A stretch of 64,000 bases of DNA from Candidatus Hydrogenedentota bacterium (GCA_045863335.1 BTVY01000007.1:105932-169931), one strand, 5' to 3'. Numbered from the stretch's first letter, positions 37,299-47,360 are shown. Program-made: numbers and translations. Notes: generated from the letters alone by a model not told the origin.

Positions 37299-38294
37299 CT
37301 ACACCAACGGCGGAATAGCGACAGACGCTTCCTCACGATGAGCAGTGTACGCGTACTCCATCAACTGCGTAAGCTGCCGGCCTTCTTCGATCCCAAACGG
37401 AATCGGCGTCCCCTCAAGGATGCCTTCCACCCACATGCGAATCGGATGCGGCAAGGCCTCCGGCAACCGGCCCGGCGTGATCCACTTGTCCGGGTCGAGT
37501 TTGTTGGACCGGATCTGCACGAGATCCTCGTCTGGGCCGCCGACGAAGAGCGAGCCTTCCGTGCCGGTCAGTTCCATGGAAAAAGACGCGTGGGCCGACA
37601 TGAAACTCGTCTCGACAACCCCAATGCATCCCTCTTCGAACACGATGGTGCAGACCGCATTATCCTCCACGTCGTGTCCGGTCATCTGCACGAACGTGGA
37701 CGAGATTCTAATTGGCTCGCCGCAGATCCATCGCGCGAGATACATGGGGTGCGCGCCCAGGTCCATCATCGCGCCGCCTCCCGTCCCGACGGGGTCCCAG
37801 AAATGAGGCGGCAACCAACCCGCGCTGCCTGCATCGTGGGACTCGCGCACGCGCAGCGAGGTCAATTGGCCGAGCAAGCCCTCGCGTACAGCCTGTTGCG
37901 CGTACAGGGTTGCAGGCCGCGTCCGGAATGGTAACGAGATGCAGAATTTCACGCCCGCCTTCTTCACGGCCGCGCTGACTCGATCGCACTCGGCCACGGT
38001 CAGGCACATGACCTTCTCCGTGAAGATGTGCTTGCCCGCCTCCGCCGCCGCGACCATGATGTCGGCATGCATGTTCGTCGGCGCGTCGATGATCACGCCG
38101 TCCACGTCTTGCCGCGCGATCACGCTGGTCAGATCCGGCACCCAGTCGGCGTTCAACTCCTTCGCCCAGGCTGCCCCGCGTTCCGGGACCTCGTCCCACA
38201 CCGCCGCAATCGCGACCTCGGACATCTCCTGCAGACGTTTCGCATACCCCTTTGCATGGGCATGCCACCCGCTCAACATGGCAACGTTCAACAT
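37299..38294 (-). CDS. Gfo/Idh/MocA family oxidoreductase
   Basis: SGWHAHAKGY, KHIFTEKV, GGGAMMDLGAHPMY. Start chosen at MLNVAML. Confidence 0.9.
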   Translation of the reverse strand: MLNVAMLSGWHAHAKGYAKRLQEMSEVAIAAVWDEVPERGAAWAKELNADWVPDLTSVIARQDVDGVIIDAPTNMHADIMVAAAEAGKHIFTEKVMCLTVAECDRVSAAVKKAGVKFCISLPFRTRPATLYAQQAVREGLLGQLTSLRVRESHDAGSAGWLPPHFWDPVGTGGGAMMDLGAHPMYLARWICGEPIRISSTFVQMTGHDVEDNAVCTIVFEEGCIGVVETSFMSAHASFSMELTGTEGSLFVGGPDEDLVQIRSNKLDPDKWITPGRLPEALPHPIRMWVEGILEGTPIPFGIEEGRQLTQLMEYAYTAHREEASVAIPPLV

Positions 38295-38401
38295 TCCGGG
38301 TATCCCTTCCGTACTACGAGTTTCCACGGCATTATTCGACTAGCGTCATTCCGAGTGTAGACACGCTTCGAGTGCCTATCTACTGCATCTTCGTTTTCCT
38401 G

Positions 38402-38452
38402 TTTTGAACATTCGAATTTGTTTCGGATTTCGAGATTCGGATTTCGGATTTG
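38402..38452. repeat. 7-nt-period array (GGATTTC)n, single arm
   Basis: TTTTGAACATTCGAATTTGTTTC GGATTTC GAGATTC GGATTTC GGATTTG. Confidence 0.7.
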
Positions 38453-38486
38453 GTCTTCCCCATCGGCCTCCTGTGCCGTCGGCCCC

Positions 38487-40838
38487 CTACCCCCGTGGCG
38501 ACCACAAAAACACCCTGCGGTGCAATCCTCCTCGTGGATTCCGCCCCGGAATTTCCGTTTCCACCAGGATCGCCACGTGGTTGGTTTCGCCGGGGCGGAT
38601 GAGGTCGGTCACGTCCACGTCGAAGGGGGCGGTGTCTTCCTGGAATCCGAGGCGCCAGTGGCGGGTGAGTTCGAAGGGCCGCAGGACGCCGTTGACCCAG
38701 ACCCAGACGCCAATGTTGTAGGCCGCGCCGACGGTGAGCCGGTACTCGGTGCCTTTCGGCGCGGTCGGCACGTCGAAGGACGTGCGGTACCAGGCCTTGC
38801 CCCAGTACCCCCAGCCCTTCTCGTCCTGGTACCCCTGCGTCTCCCAGTAGAGCGTCGTGTCGATGGGTTTCCAGCCGGGTTCCACGCCGGGCAGATACCA
38901 CCGGTACAGGATGCCCATGTCTTCGGGGTCGGTCTTGAACTCCCATTCGCGCGGAAGCAGCGCAACGAGGTCGCCGGTGAGCCCGTTCATCTTGTCCGCA
39001 AACGTTTGGTAAGTGTCGCGGCGATATTCGACGCTGGACGTATGGTTCTTCGCAATGTCGGACGAGAACGGGATCAATCCGTGCTTGACGGACTCCGCCT
39101 CCTCGCGTATCGCGAGCATGTTGTCGGCGTGCCGCACAGCCTCCGCGAACTGGCCTTCGGCCGCCGCGGTTTCCATGGCGAGGAATTCCATCATATGGTC
39201 GTGGGTGAGGCGCAGCACGTGGACGTGTTGACGCGTCTTCTCATCGCGCGCCAGTTGCTCCGCGTTCGCGATCAGGCTATCCAACTTGTCCGCCACCGGA
39301 CGCACGATCAGCCGCCATTGCATCAGGCGGCCCCAAGTCTCGTGGGTCGTCGTGTTGTCGACGGCCTTCTCCAGGGTCCAGATGTAGTCTTCGACCGGTT
39401 TCGCGGCGTTGCCATAGAACCGCTGGCAGTATTCATGCACAAGCGCATCCACGTCCGCATCGGCGTCCCACATGAGCTTCGCGCGGACGAAGTAGTTGAG
39501 GTGGGTGGTCATCCAGGAGTTGGAACCTTCGGTCCAGAACCCCCAGATACCGATGTCGCGGAAGTACGGCAAGTCGTGCTTGATGCAGTGGAGCGTCGGG
39601 AACGGCAGGTTCTCCAGCGATTTCGCGGGGTCGTAGTCGTAGATGAAGACCGGGTCGATCATATTCGTCCAGCGGTCCATGACCTGCTTGTACACCAGCC
39701 GCTGCCAGCACCGCGGATCGCCCGTGCGATGGATTGAACAGGTCGCGATGATCGCGGATTGGATGCCGAGGTTTGGTGAGAGTTCGGCGAAAATCTCCGG
39801 CGGCCGCACGCGGTTGGCATATCCGTTAGTCAGCACCCAGCGGTCGGGGAATTCCTTGTTGACCTCGACGGCAATCCGGTTGGCAAAGGAGAACCAGAGA
39901 TCGCTCAGACTCGGATCACCGTAGCCCTTTCCGCCGAACCCGGGATAGAAGCGCTGGCACTGTTCGCAGTAGCACATGGGGAACCCGTCCGGCGGCGCGA
40001 ACCCGAAGCTGAGCACGGCGGGGTCGTCGCGGAAGGTCCGCTTGATGTTCTCGACGGCGATCAGGATGCCATCGGGATTCGACATGCACATCATGTCCCG
40101 CTGGCGTTCGCCGTTCTTGTCGAGGGCGAAGATCTCGGGGTGGCTTTCAAAGTACTCGTCCGGCGGCGCGAGGCGCGAGATGGACCCGTCGCCCGGCAGG
40201 CTGACCTTCAGCGCGTTGAGCTTGTTCCGGTCGAACCATTGGACAAACTCCGCGCGCGCGGTTTCGTCCGCGGGCATCCATCCCGAGTACCACAGGTTGC
40301 GAACGCGAAAGCTCGGACGTTCGATCCGGTCGAGATCGCGGACGATAATCGTGTCGGCCTCGGGCAAGACTTCCCCGTACTCGCCGGGGAAATACCAGCG
40401 GCAACCTAAATCCTGTTCCAGGAAGTCGTATACGGCGAAGAGGGTCCCGCGGTAATTCCAGTCCTCGTTGCCCACCAGTACGAGCGTGTCGCCGACGGTC
40501 TTCAACACGATGGCTTCCTCGTCCATACGCGAGGTGTGCCCACTGGGCACCGCGACGTTCAGCGCCTCCACCGCGGCGCTGCGGCCCACGAGAATGCGAT
40601 TACCCTCGACGTTATCCGAAGCGTTCACGATGGGTAGAACCGCGCCGGTGATCTTCTCCAAGTAACTTCGCAGCACCTCGGCGGCTTCTCGCGCCTGGTC
40701 CGATGGCGCGTCCGCGATGACAATCGTCGCCGCCGGTTGCCCGGCGTCGACCAAGACGAGTTCCGCGTGCGACGCGAGCGAAGACACGAACACGGCGAGA
40801 AACAACCGAAGGAAAAGCCGATTCGAAATGAAGAACAC
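38487..40838 (-). CDS. Secreted DUF4838-type protein, putative glycoside hydrolase
   Basis: Signal peptide; AAEVLRSYLEKITGAVLPI, GTLFAVYDFLEQDLGCRWYFPG, ERPSFRVR, YFESHPEIFAL; C-terminal galactose-binding-like segment (WEFKTDP...WGKAWYRTSF). Confidence 0.8.
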   Translation of the reverse strand: MFFISNRLFLRLFLAVFVSSLASHAELVLVDAGQPAATIVIADAPSDQAREAAEVLRSYLEKITGAVLPIVNASDNVEGNRILVGRSAAVEALNVAVPSGHTSRMDEEAIVLKTVGDTLVLVGNEDWNYRGTLFAVYDFLEQDLGCRWYFPGEYGEVLPEADTIIVRDLDRIERPSFRVRNLWYSGWMPADETARAEFVQWFDRNKLNALKVSLPGDGSISRLAPPDEYFESHPEIFALDKNGERQRDMMCMSNPDGILIAVENIKRTFRDDPAVLSFGFAPPDGFPMCYCEQCQRFYPGFGGKGYGDPSLSDLWFSFANRIAVEVNKEFPDRWVLTNGYANRVRPPEIFAELSPNLGIQSAIIATCSIHRTGDPRCWQRLVYKQVMDRWTNMIDPVFIYDYDPAKSLENLPFPTLHCIKHDLPYFRDIGIWGFWTEGSNSWMTTHLNYFVRAKLMWDADADVDALVHEYCQRFYGNAAKPVEDYIWTLEKAVDNTTTHETWGRLMQWRLIVRPVADKLDSLIANAEQLARDEKTRQHVHVLRLTHDHMMEFLAMETAAAEGQFAEAVRHADNMLAIREEAESVKHGLIPFSSDIAKNHTSSVEYRRDTYQTFADKMNGLTGDLVALLPREWEFKTDPEDMGILYRWYLPGVEPGWKPIDTTLYWETQGYQDEKGWGYWGKAWYRTSFDVPTAPKGTEYRLTVGAAYNIGVWVWVNGVLRPFELTRHWRLGFQEDTAPFDVDVTDLIRPGETNHVAILVETEIPGRNPRGGLHRRVFLWSPRG

Positions 40839-41014
40839 AGGTCGATCTCCTCGCGAGGTTCAAATCAGGCCGCCATCGTAGCACGCGAATAGTCGCAGGG
40901 CGAACCGTTCGCAAACGGTGGGGCTGCGTCTTGGACGTAGGTCTCTATGAATTCTCATTGGTTTCGCGTAATGAATTGTAAATATTCATCTACAATCGCG
41001 CATTGCATCTGTGA

Positions 41015-41095
41015 ATTGGCCACAAAAGAACGCATAGAACGCAAAAAATAGAGAACGAGTCACTTTCGCGTTCTATGCGTTCTTTCGTGGCCAAT
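41015..41095. repeat. Inverted repeat with an internal 9-nt unit (AGAACGCAN)
   Basis: ATTGGCCACAAAAGAACGCATAGAACGC ... GCGTTCTATGCGTTCTTTCGTGGCCAAT. Confidence 0.85.
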
Positions 41096-41197
41096 ACATT
41101 TCTTCCATTGGCAGTGGTGCCGAACCGTAGACGCGGCGATTCCCATTTTGAGTCTGGATGCAGGTATCATTCGATCACATCACGAGGGGATCCCAAG

Positions 41198-42790
41198 ATG
41201 AACTTGTCGCGACGCAACTTTCTGAAACTGGGCGCATCGAGCGCCGCCGCATCGTTGGCGTACCATTCGTGGCCGCGTGTGGTGAACGCGCAATCGGGCG
41301 TTCGCAGCTACCACGTGTGCGCCGCGCCGCAGGTGTTGGAAACGAATCCGGAATTACTGGACGTGTTCGTTGGCTCTGGCGTCGGACACGTGTGGATGGC
41401 CGCGTTCTTCTACGGGTACTGGCCCGTGGAACCCGAGGTCATCGCGAAATGGATCCGCCGCGTCGAAGATAAAGGCCTGGCGCCTCACGTGATCAACATC
41501 CCCCTTGGGCATCCGGGCGACTCGCTGGGGTCGCCGGACGACTCCGTGGCGTTGGCCCCGCCCAGCCATTGGCGCATGGCCGCGCGTCCGGACGGCTCCA
41601 CTTATTCGGGCACGTCGCTCCATCCGCCCGCGACGGAAGAGAACGTGGCGGCCATGAAACGGATCGCGCCGCTGCGCGTTGACCGCGTCTTTCTGGACGA
41701 CGACTTCCGCCTGGCGGTGGGACCCGGCGTGATCGGCGGGTGTTACTGCGACGATCATCGTGACGCGTTCTTGACCAAGTACGGCTACGCGGCGGAACGC
41801 TGGCCGGAGTTGCTGGACGATGTGAACGCCCGGCGTCTCTCTCCCCTGCTCCGCTCCTGGGTTGAGTTCACCTGCGACCAGCTCACCGCCTGTTTCCGCG
41901 CGCAGCAACAGGCCGCGCCCGAGGTCGAACTCGGCAACATGATCATGTATTTCGGCGCGGAAAAGGCGGGCATCCGTCTCAGCGATTACGCCGACAGCCC
42001 CTTCCGCGTGGGCGAACTCATGTTCAACGACGCCAGCTTCGCGCCGGTCAAGGGCAAGACCAACGAACTCTATAGTTGCCTCTTCCACCGGCGCTACGCG
42101 AAACCGGAGTTGGCGTTCAGCGAGACAACCGCGTTTCCGGCGGACCAGTTGTCCGCGCCGAACATGGCCGCGAAGCTGGCCGTGACGACCATCGCGGACG
42201 TGCGCAACACCATGTACATGTCGGGCATCACGCCCTTCCCCGTGAGCCATTGGTACACGCTTGCGCCCGCTATGAAGAAGCACGCGGTCATCCACGAGCG
42301 CCTCGCGGGACACAAGCCCGCCGGACCCTTCAAACACTACTGGGGCGAGGCCAGCCGAACCATCGGCGACGACAAGCCTTACAGTCTCTTTCTGGCGACC
42401 GGCGTCCCCTTCGAAGTCGTCGATCAACCCGGCGCCGACGGCTGGACCTTCCTCTCCGAATGGGAAGCCCGCGACGTGGCGGAAGGCAAACTTAAATCCC
42501 CCGGCACCACCTTCATCGCGCGCGAAACCCCGGCATCGAACGACGCCCTTCGCGCGATCCCGGAAGAACTCCCCGCGCTCTTCGATTTCAAGCGCAGCAT
42601 CGCCGATCACCTCCGCGACATCCCCCACGTCCTCGAAGACGAGCCCGTCGTCTGCGCCTGGTATCCCACCGCCAACGCCCTGCTGCTGTGGAACCTGTCG
42701 GAGGCACGAAAAGAGTTGACGGTGGCGGTTTCCGAACAGCGGAGAACCGTGGCACTGGACGCGCTCGACGTGATGTTGGTGAATCTGTAG
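41198..42790 (+). CDS. Tat-exported hypothetical protein (possible TIM-barrel glycoside hydrolase-like fold)
   Basis: MNLSRRNFLK twin-arginine motif; VFLDDDFRL and GCYCDDH...F..KYG. RBS GAGGGG. Confidence 0.7.
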   Translation: MNLSRRNFLKLGASSAAASLAYHSWPRVVNAQSGVRSYHVCAAPQVLETNPELLDVFVGSGVGHVWMAAFFYGYWPVEPEVIAKWIRRVEDKGLAPHVINIPLGHPGDSLGSPDDSVALAPPSHWRMAARPDGSTYSGTSLHPPATEENVAAMKRIAPLRVDRVFLDDDFRLAVGPGVIGGCYCDDHRDAFLTKYGYAAERWPELLDDVNARRLSPLLRSWVEFTCDQLTACFRAQQQAAPEVELGNMIMYFGAEKAGIRLSDYADSPFRVGELMFNDASFAPVKGKTNELYSCLFHRRYAKPELAFSETTAFPADQLSAPNMAAKLAVTTIADVRNTMYMSGITPFPVSHWYTLAPAMKKHAVIHERLAGHKPAGPFKHYWGEASRTIGDDKPYSLFLATGVPFEVVDQPGADGWTFLSEWEARDVAEGKLKSPGTTFIARETPASNDALRAIPEELPALFDFKRSIADHLRDIPHVLEDEPVVCAWYPTANALLLWNLSEARKELTVAVSEQRRTVALDALDVMLVNL

Positions 42791-42901
42791 CCATTTGCGT
42801 CTGAATGCTCGTTTCGTTTCCAGGGCGAAAGGTATAGAATAGACATCGGATTCGGGGGAATCCGGAGTCCAGTCGGACGCCGATGTACAAAAGGGGGCAC
42901 T

Positions 42902-44056
42902 ATGCGCGAATTCTCCGATGACCTCACCGTGAACCGACGCACGTTTCTTGCCCAAGGCGCCGCGGGCGCGGGATTGGCGTTGACTGCAGGCGTGGCACAG
43001 GCGCAGGAGGCGGCGCCATCACCTCCCGGCGAGGTGCCAATGCGGACGCTGGGCCGCACGGGCATGAAGGTGAGCGAGGTCAGCGTCGGCGCCATGCGGA
43101 CGAGCGAGCCCGCCATCTTGCAGGCGGCGTTCGACCGCGGCGTCAACTACGTCGACACCGCCCGGGGCTACATGGGTGGCCGCAACGAGTCCATCGTCGG
43201 CGAGGCGATCAAAGGCCGACGAGATTCGCTCTTTGTCGCGACCAAGGTCGGCGCCGTAACGCCGAAGGCCGAAATCATGAAGTCCATGGACGAAAGTCTG
43301 CGCGCGTTGGGCACGGACTACGTCGACGTGTTCCAACTGCACATGCCGGTCGTGGCGGACGTGTTGCACCCGGATGCCAAGGAAGCCTGCGCGGAACTCA
43401 AGCAACAAGGAAAGATCAAGTTTTCCGGCGTGACGACCCACAGCGATCAGGCAGCGGTCCTGGACGCGGTGGCGACGGATCCGGACCGCTTCTACGACGT
43501 GGTGCTTGTCGCCTACAACTTCGAGAGTCCGCCCGAAATCGGCGCGGCCATCGATCGCGCGGCCGCGGCCGGCCTCGGCATCATCGCCATGAAAACGCAG
43601 GCGGGCGGGTACAAGACCGACACGATGCCCGGAGCAACGCCCCATCAGGCCGCGATCAAATGGGTGTTGCAGAATCCCAACATCCATTGTTGTGTGCCCG
43701 CCATGGTCAACCTCCAGGAAGTGGTCGAAGACACGGGTGCCATGGGCCTGAAACTCACCCGGGCGGATGAGGAAGCGCTGGCCGAATATGCGCGATACAC
43801 GCGGTCGCGATATTGCCGGTTATGTAAGGAATGTTTAGGGTCCTGCCCGCTTGGCGTCGATATCCCGACGGTGAACCGATCGCTCATGTACGCCGACGGG
43901 TACAACGACTACGGACTCGCGCAGGAAACCTATGCGCGGTTGCCGCTACACCTGTCCGCGGCTGCGTGTACCAACTGTGAGACCTGCACGGCGCGTTGCG
44001 TGAAAGGTCTCAACATCCCGGCGAACATGGCCCGCGCCAAGACGCTTTTCGCGTAG
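42902..44056 (+). CDS. Aldo/keto reductase with Tat-like leader and C-terminal Fe-S domain
   Basis: NRRTFL; RTLGRTG, VDTARGY, ATK, QLH, AMKTQAGG; CRLCKECLGSCP and CTNCETCTARC. Confidence 0.9.
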   Translation: MREFSDDLTVNRRTFLAQGAAGAGLALTAGVAQAQEAAPSPPGEVPMRTLGRTGMKVSEVSVGAMRTSEPAILQAAFDRGVNYVDTARGYMGGRNESIVGEAIKGRRDSLFVATKVGAVTPKAEIMKSMDESLRALGTDYVDVFQLHMPVVADVLHPDAKEACAELKQQGKIKFSGVTTHSDQAAVLDAVATDPDRFYDVVLVAYNFESPPEIGAAIDRAAAAGLGIIAMKTQAGGYKTDTMPGATPHQAAIKWVLQNPNIHCCVPAMVNLQEVVEDTGAMGLKLTRADEEALAEYARYTRSRYCRLCKECLGSCPLGVDIPTVNRSLMYADGYNDYGLAQETYARLPLHLSAAACTNCETCTARCVKGLNIPANMARAKTLFA

Positions 44057-44088
44057 TACGTGTCAACGCAGGAGAATGTGTGGCGGAA

Positions 44089-44253
44089 AGAACATCCCCC
44101 TTGATCCCCCTTCAAAGGGGGAATTGTGCATAACTGTGACAATCGGAGCGTTCTGCGTAACCTGCTCCGACTTCAGGCTGTTCTCGGTCCCGAACGCAGC
44201 GCAACGCGTTGCGATTCATTCCCCCTTTGAAGGGGGATGAAGGGGGATGTTCT
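44089..44253. repeat. REP doublet / MITE-like element (CCCCCTT family, copy 2)
   Basis: AGAACATCCCCCTTGATCCCCCTTCAAAGGGGGAAT (44089-44124) and a reverse complement with one mismatch at 44218-44253. Confidence 0.9.
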
Positions 44254-44319
44254 TCGCACACTGAAGGTATCTGAATGTGCCCTATATGTGTGAGAAGCCG
44301 TTCCTGAGAGGTCTCCGAA

Positions 44320-45252
44320 ATGAAACGCTTTCTATTACGGGCAAGGTCCGCGTTCTGGCTCTGCCTTATTCTGTACGCGGTGAATGGTTGCGCGACGACC
44401 AGCGGATCCGTCGAGTTGGGCACGACTTTGCCAGACTCGGGTTTTGCCGGAAGCTGGCAGGCTTCCGCGCCAGCCGTGGTCTTCGACACGGAAACCATCT
44501 TCAAGCACATCAACGGCGAGGCGGAACTGTTCTTCCCGTACGGCTTTAAGCAGGCCGCTTACGCTTCCTATGAGAACCAACAGTTTCCGGACGCAACCAT
44601 CGAAGCGGACGTCTACGAAATGGGGTCCCCATTGGACGCCTTCGGGATCTACTCCAATTTCCGGTATCCGGATGCGGATTTCATTGACGTCGGATGCGAA
44701 GGGTTTGTCAGCGATCAACAGTTGATGTTCTACGTGGACGTCTACTTTGTGAAGCTGACGACCCTGGGCACGATCGCCAACCCGCGAGATGCGCTACGTG
44801 CCTGCGCGGAAGAGATCCGGAAACGCCTTCCGAAATCGAATGCACCGCCTCCCGAACTTGCGCTCGTCGCGGTCGAAGGTGTCGTCCCGCGTACGGAGAC
44901 CTACATTGCGGACAGCCTGCTCGGATACGAGTTCTTTCCACGAGGCCTGCTGGCGAACGCCGCCAACGGCAACGACTCGTTTCGCATATTCGTCGTAATC
45001 TTTAACGATGAAACCGCTGCCCGCGAAGGCTTGGAAGCCTACGTCGCGTTCCTGGAGAGCAACGGCGCAGCCGTGAAGACCGAGGATACTGGCCCAACGT
45101 CGCGCGCGATTGCGGTGGACCCTTTATACAAGAACGTCGTCGTCGCCCAGGCCGGCGCCTTCACCTTTGGGGCGGTTGGAATCTCGGACCCGGCAAACGT
45201 TCCGCTCGCCTTTGAGGAACTGTCACGACGATTAACAAAGAAACAACGGTAG
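44320..45252 (+). CDS. Putative lipoprotein, DUF6599-like
   Basis: Lipobox VNG|C; IFKHINGEAELFFPYGF, DVYEMGSPLDAFGIYS, LLGYEFFPRG. Confidence 0.75.
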   Translation: MKRFLLRARSAFWLCLILYAVNGCATTSGSVELGTTLPDSGFAGSWQASAPAVVFDTETIFKHINGEAELFFPYGFKQAAYASYENQQFPDATIEADVYEMGSPLDAFGIYSNFRYPDADFIDVGCEGFVSDQQLMFYVDVYFVKLTTLGTIANPRDALRACAEEIRKRLPKSNAPPPELALVAVEGVVPRTETYIADSLLGYEFFPRGLLANAANGNDSFRIFVVIFNDETAAREGLEAYVAFLESNGAAVKTEDTGPTSRAIAVDPLYKNVVVAQAGAFTFGAVGISDPANVPLAFEELSRRLTKKQR

Positions 45253-45329
45253 TTTCACCCCAGCCCATCGCCCAGTCTTCGCAGAACAACGGCAAGCATC
45301 TTCGGTCCTCCCTGTGACTCTGCTCGTGA

Positions 45330-47360
45330 TTACTCTCGCGCGCCGGTGCTCGTCATGAAGGGCACGTTCTTCCATGTTATCGGTTGGATCGGGTACCCGA
45401 TGAGACGGAAACCTTGGATGTTCTGCTTCGAGATGGGCTCGGGAAACCCGAATTTCCACGTGTATTCATGGCCGTGCCGAAGATCGTCCAAGTGAGGATC
45501 GGCGTAGGGCTCTATCGGATTGCCTTCCTGGTCTATCGCCACCACCTGGTAGTTGACCAGCGGTCCGCCCGCCGAAAACGTCAGTGTTACTTCCGGCCTT
45601 TCCTCGTGGGGGATTTCGTCGTCCGGCGTTGTATCGGGAAGCTTCCGGACCGTCGCCGTGAACTTCCATTCCTCCATCTCAATTGCAGACGACCCGGCGT
45701 CTATGGGGATGTCCACGTGGGTATCGAGGGGTGGGCCATAGGAAACAGTAGCCGTAACGTCGGTACGATCCGGCAACTCGAGCGCCCGATCGCTGCGAAT
45801 CTGCATGATCTGAATTCGGTCTTCTGCCCTAGTGCCGGCCGGTCCGCCTACCGTTAGTACCGCGCCCGAGGAGAGATTCCCTCGGTCCAGCTTGGCGTCA
45901 AGGAGTTCATACTCGCGCAAGGTCTGGTCCTCGGGACGGAGGAGAAAGACCAAGCCGATATTGATCCCGTTTTCAGTCGCACCAAAACGCCGTTCACGAA
46001 CATCCTCCCAATGCGTGCGAATAGCGTTTTCGACCCGTTGGCCCCACGCATCAGGCTCCACCCCACGACCATCCGCGCCGATCAAAGTGGGTTCAATGCC
46101 GACCACCCCCAGAAGGTCAACCTGTAAGCCTGGCACTTCTGCGGCTGGTTCTTCGCCTGCGAGACCGGTTTCAATGGACGGGAGGACCCAATCGGGCTTG
46201 GCCGTTGCAACCCGGTTCTCGCTTCGGCCGTCGCTCGCAGGATGCGACTCGGATTCGCTCAGGTCGTCTTCCGCCGGTCGAGCATGCACCAGTTTCAGGC
46301 TACCCAATGTGACGAGCAGACCGGCGGCGACCAGCAGGTTCGCCGCAACCCAGCGGCGGGCGAGGGGTTTGGCGCCGACGCCGCGTCGGATCTTCCGGAG
46401 GCGTTGGACAATTTCGGCGCTGCGGAGCATGGGGACGCCGCCGGGGAGGGGACGCGCGTCGAGGAGGGCTAATGCTTCGCGGGCGAGCGTTTTCGAGTAG
46501 ATTTCCGGGCTACCGAGGTACGCAGCCGCAACGCCATCGCACACGTCTTCGCAAGCGGCGTTATGGGTGGAGCGCATGCGCCACGTGAGCGGATGAAACC
46601 AGAGCAGCGTCGCCGTCAACTGGGCAATGGCCATCCAAAGGGGATCTCGCGTCTTCACGTGGGCCAGTTCATGGGCCAAGATCGCTTTGAGTTGTGTTGC
46701 GTCCGATTCATCGAGACATCGCGCGGGAAGCACGATAACGGGATGCCGTACCCCGGTAAGAAACGGGGAACCGAGGCGCTCCGTGATGCGGACATCGAAT
46801 TGCCCCGCCACGCCGAGTTCGCTCCCAACCCGTCCCGCGAGGGCGTGCACGTATCCGGGCGCGGTCGTCGAACCCGCAACGTTTGCTTGCACGTTGCGCC
46901 ATGCGCGCACGGTACCTAACAAGAGCAGCAGAGAGACCAGGAACCAGACTGCGCCCACCATCGCTCTGAAATGGCCCGCTATCCACGCGCTGAGGGCGAA
47001 AGGTGGCGGTGCGGACTCGATGGGATGTGAATCGGCGGCGCGGAGCGGAGCTTCCACCGGCGCGAACGCTTCCGATCGCGGTGCAAACGTTTCCGCTGTG
47101 ACCGGCGCAACTTGAGGTGGCGGCGCGGTCTCTTCCACGAGGGCTACCTCCAGCCGGGGCAATGCGCACTCCGCGGCGGGCAACACGGCCAATCCCACCA
47201 AGGCCGCGCGCCAAAGGAGCACGCGCCAGCGCGGGTTGCGTCCGCGCAACGCCGCGTGAACTATCCACGCGCAGGCGAGCAGGACCGTCGCTTTCAGCAG
47301 CACGGCGGGTCCGTAGGACAACTCAATCAGCATTGCAGCCCAGTCGAACATAGCGGTCAC
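45330..47360 (-). CDS. BlaR1/MecR1-like M56 peptidase signal transducer with an unknown C-terminal domain
   Basis: ILAHELAHVKTRD (HExxH) and WFHPLTW...EDVCD. GTGA-type overlap with the upstream repressor gene is within 47357-47360. Confidence 0.9.
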   Translation of the reverse strand: MTAMFDWAAMLIELSYGPAVLLKATVLLACAWIVHAALRGRNPRWRVLLWRAALVGLAVLPAAECALPRLEVALVEETAPPPQVAPVTAETFAPRSEAFAPVEAPLRAADSHPIESAPPPFALSAWIAGHFRAMVGAVWFLVSLLLLLGTVRAWRNVQANVAGSTTAPGYVHALAGRVGSELGVAGQFDVRITERLGSPFLTGVRHPVIVLPARCLDESDATQLKAILAHELAHVKTRDPLWMAIAQLTATLLWFHPLTWRMRSTHNAACEDVCDGVAAAYLGSPEIYSKTLAREALALLDARPLPGGVPMLRSAEIVQRLRKIRRGVGAKPLARRWVAANLLVAAGLLVTLGSLKLVHARPAEDDLSESESHPASDGRSENRVATAKPDWVLPSIETGLAGEEPAAEVPGLQVDLLGVVGIEPTLIGADGRGVEPDAWGQRVENAIRTHWEDVRERRFGATENGINIGLVFLLRPEDQTLREYELLDAKLDRGNLSSGAVLTVGGPAGTRAEDRIQIMQIRSDRALELPDRTDVTATVSYGPPLDTHVDIPIDAGSSAIEMEEWKFTATVRKLPDTTPDDEIPHEERPEVTLTFSAGGPLVNYQVVAIDQEGNPIEPYADPHLDDLRHGHEYTWKFGFPEPISKQNIQGFRLIGYPIQPITWKNVPFMTSTGARE

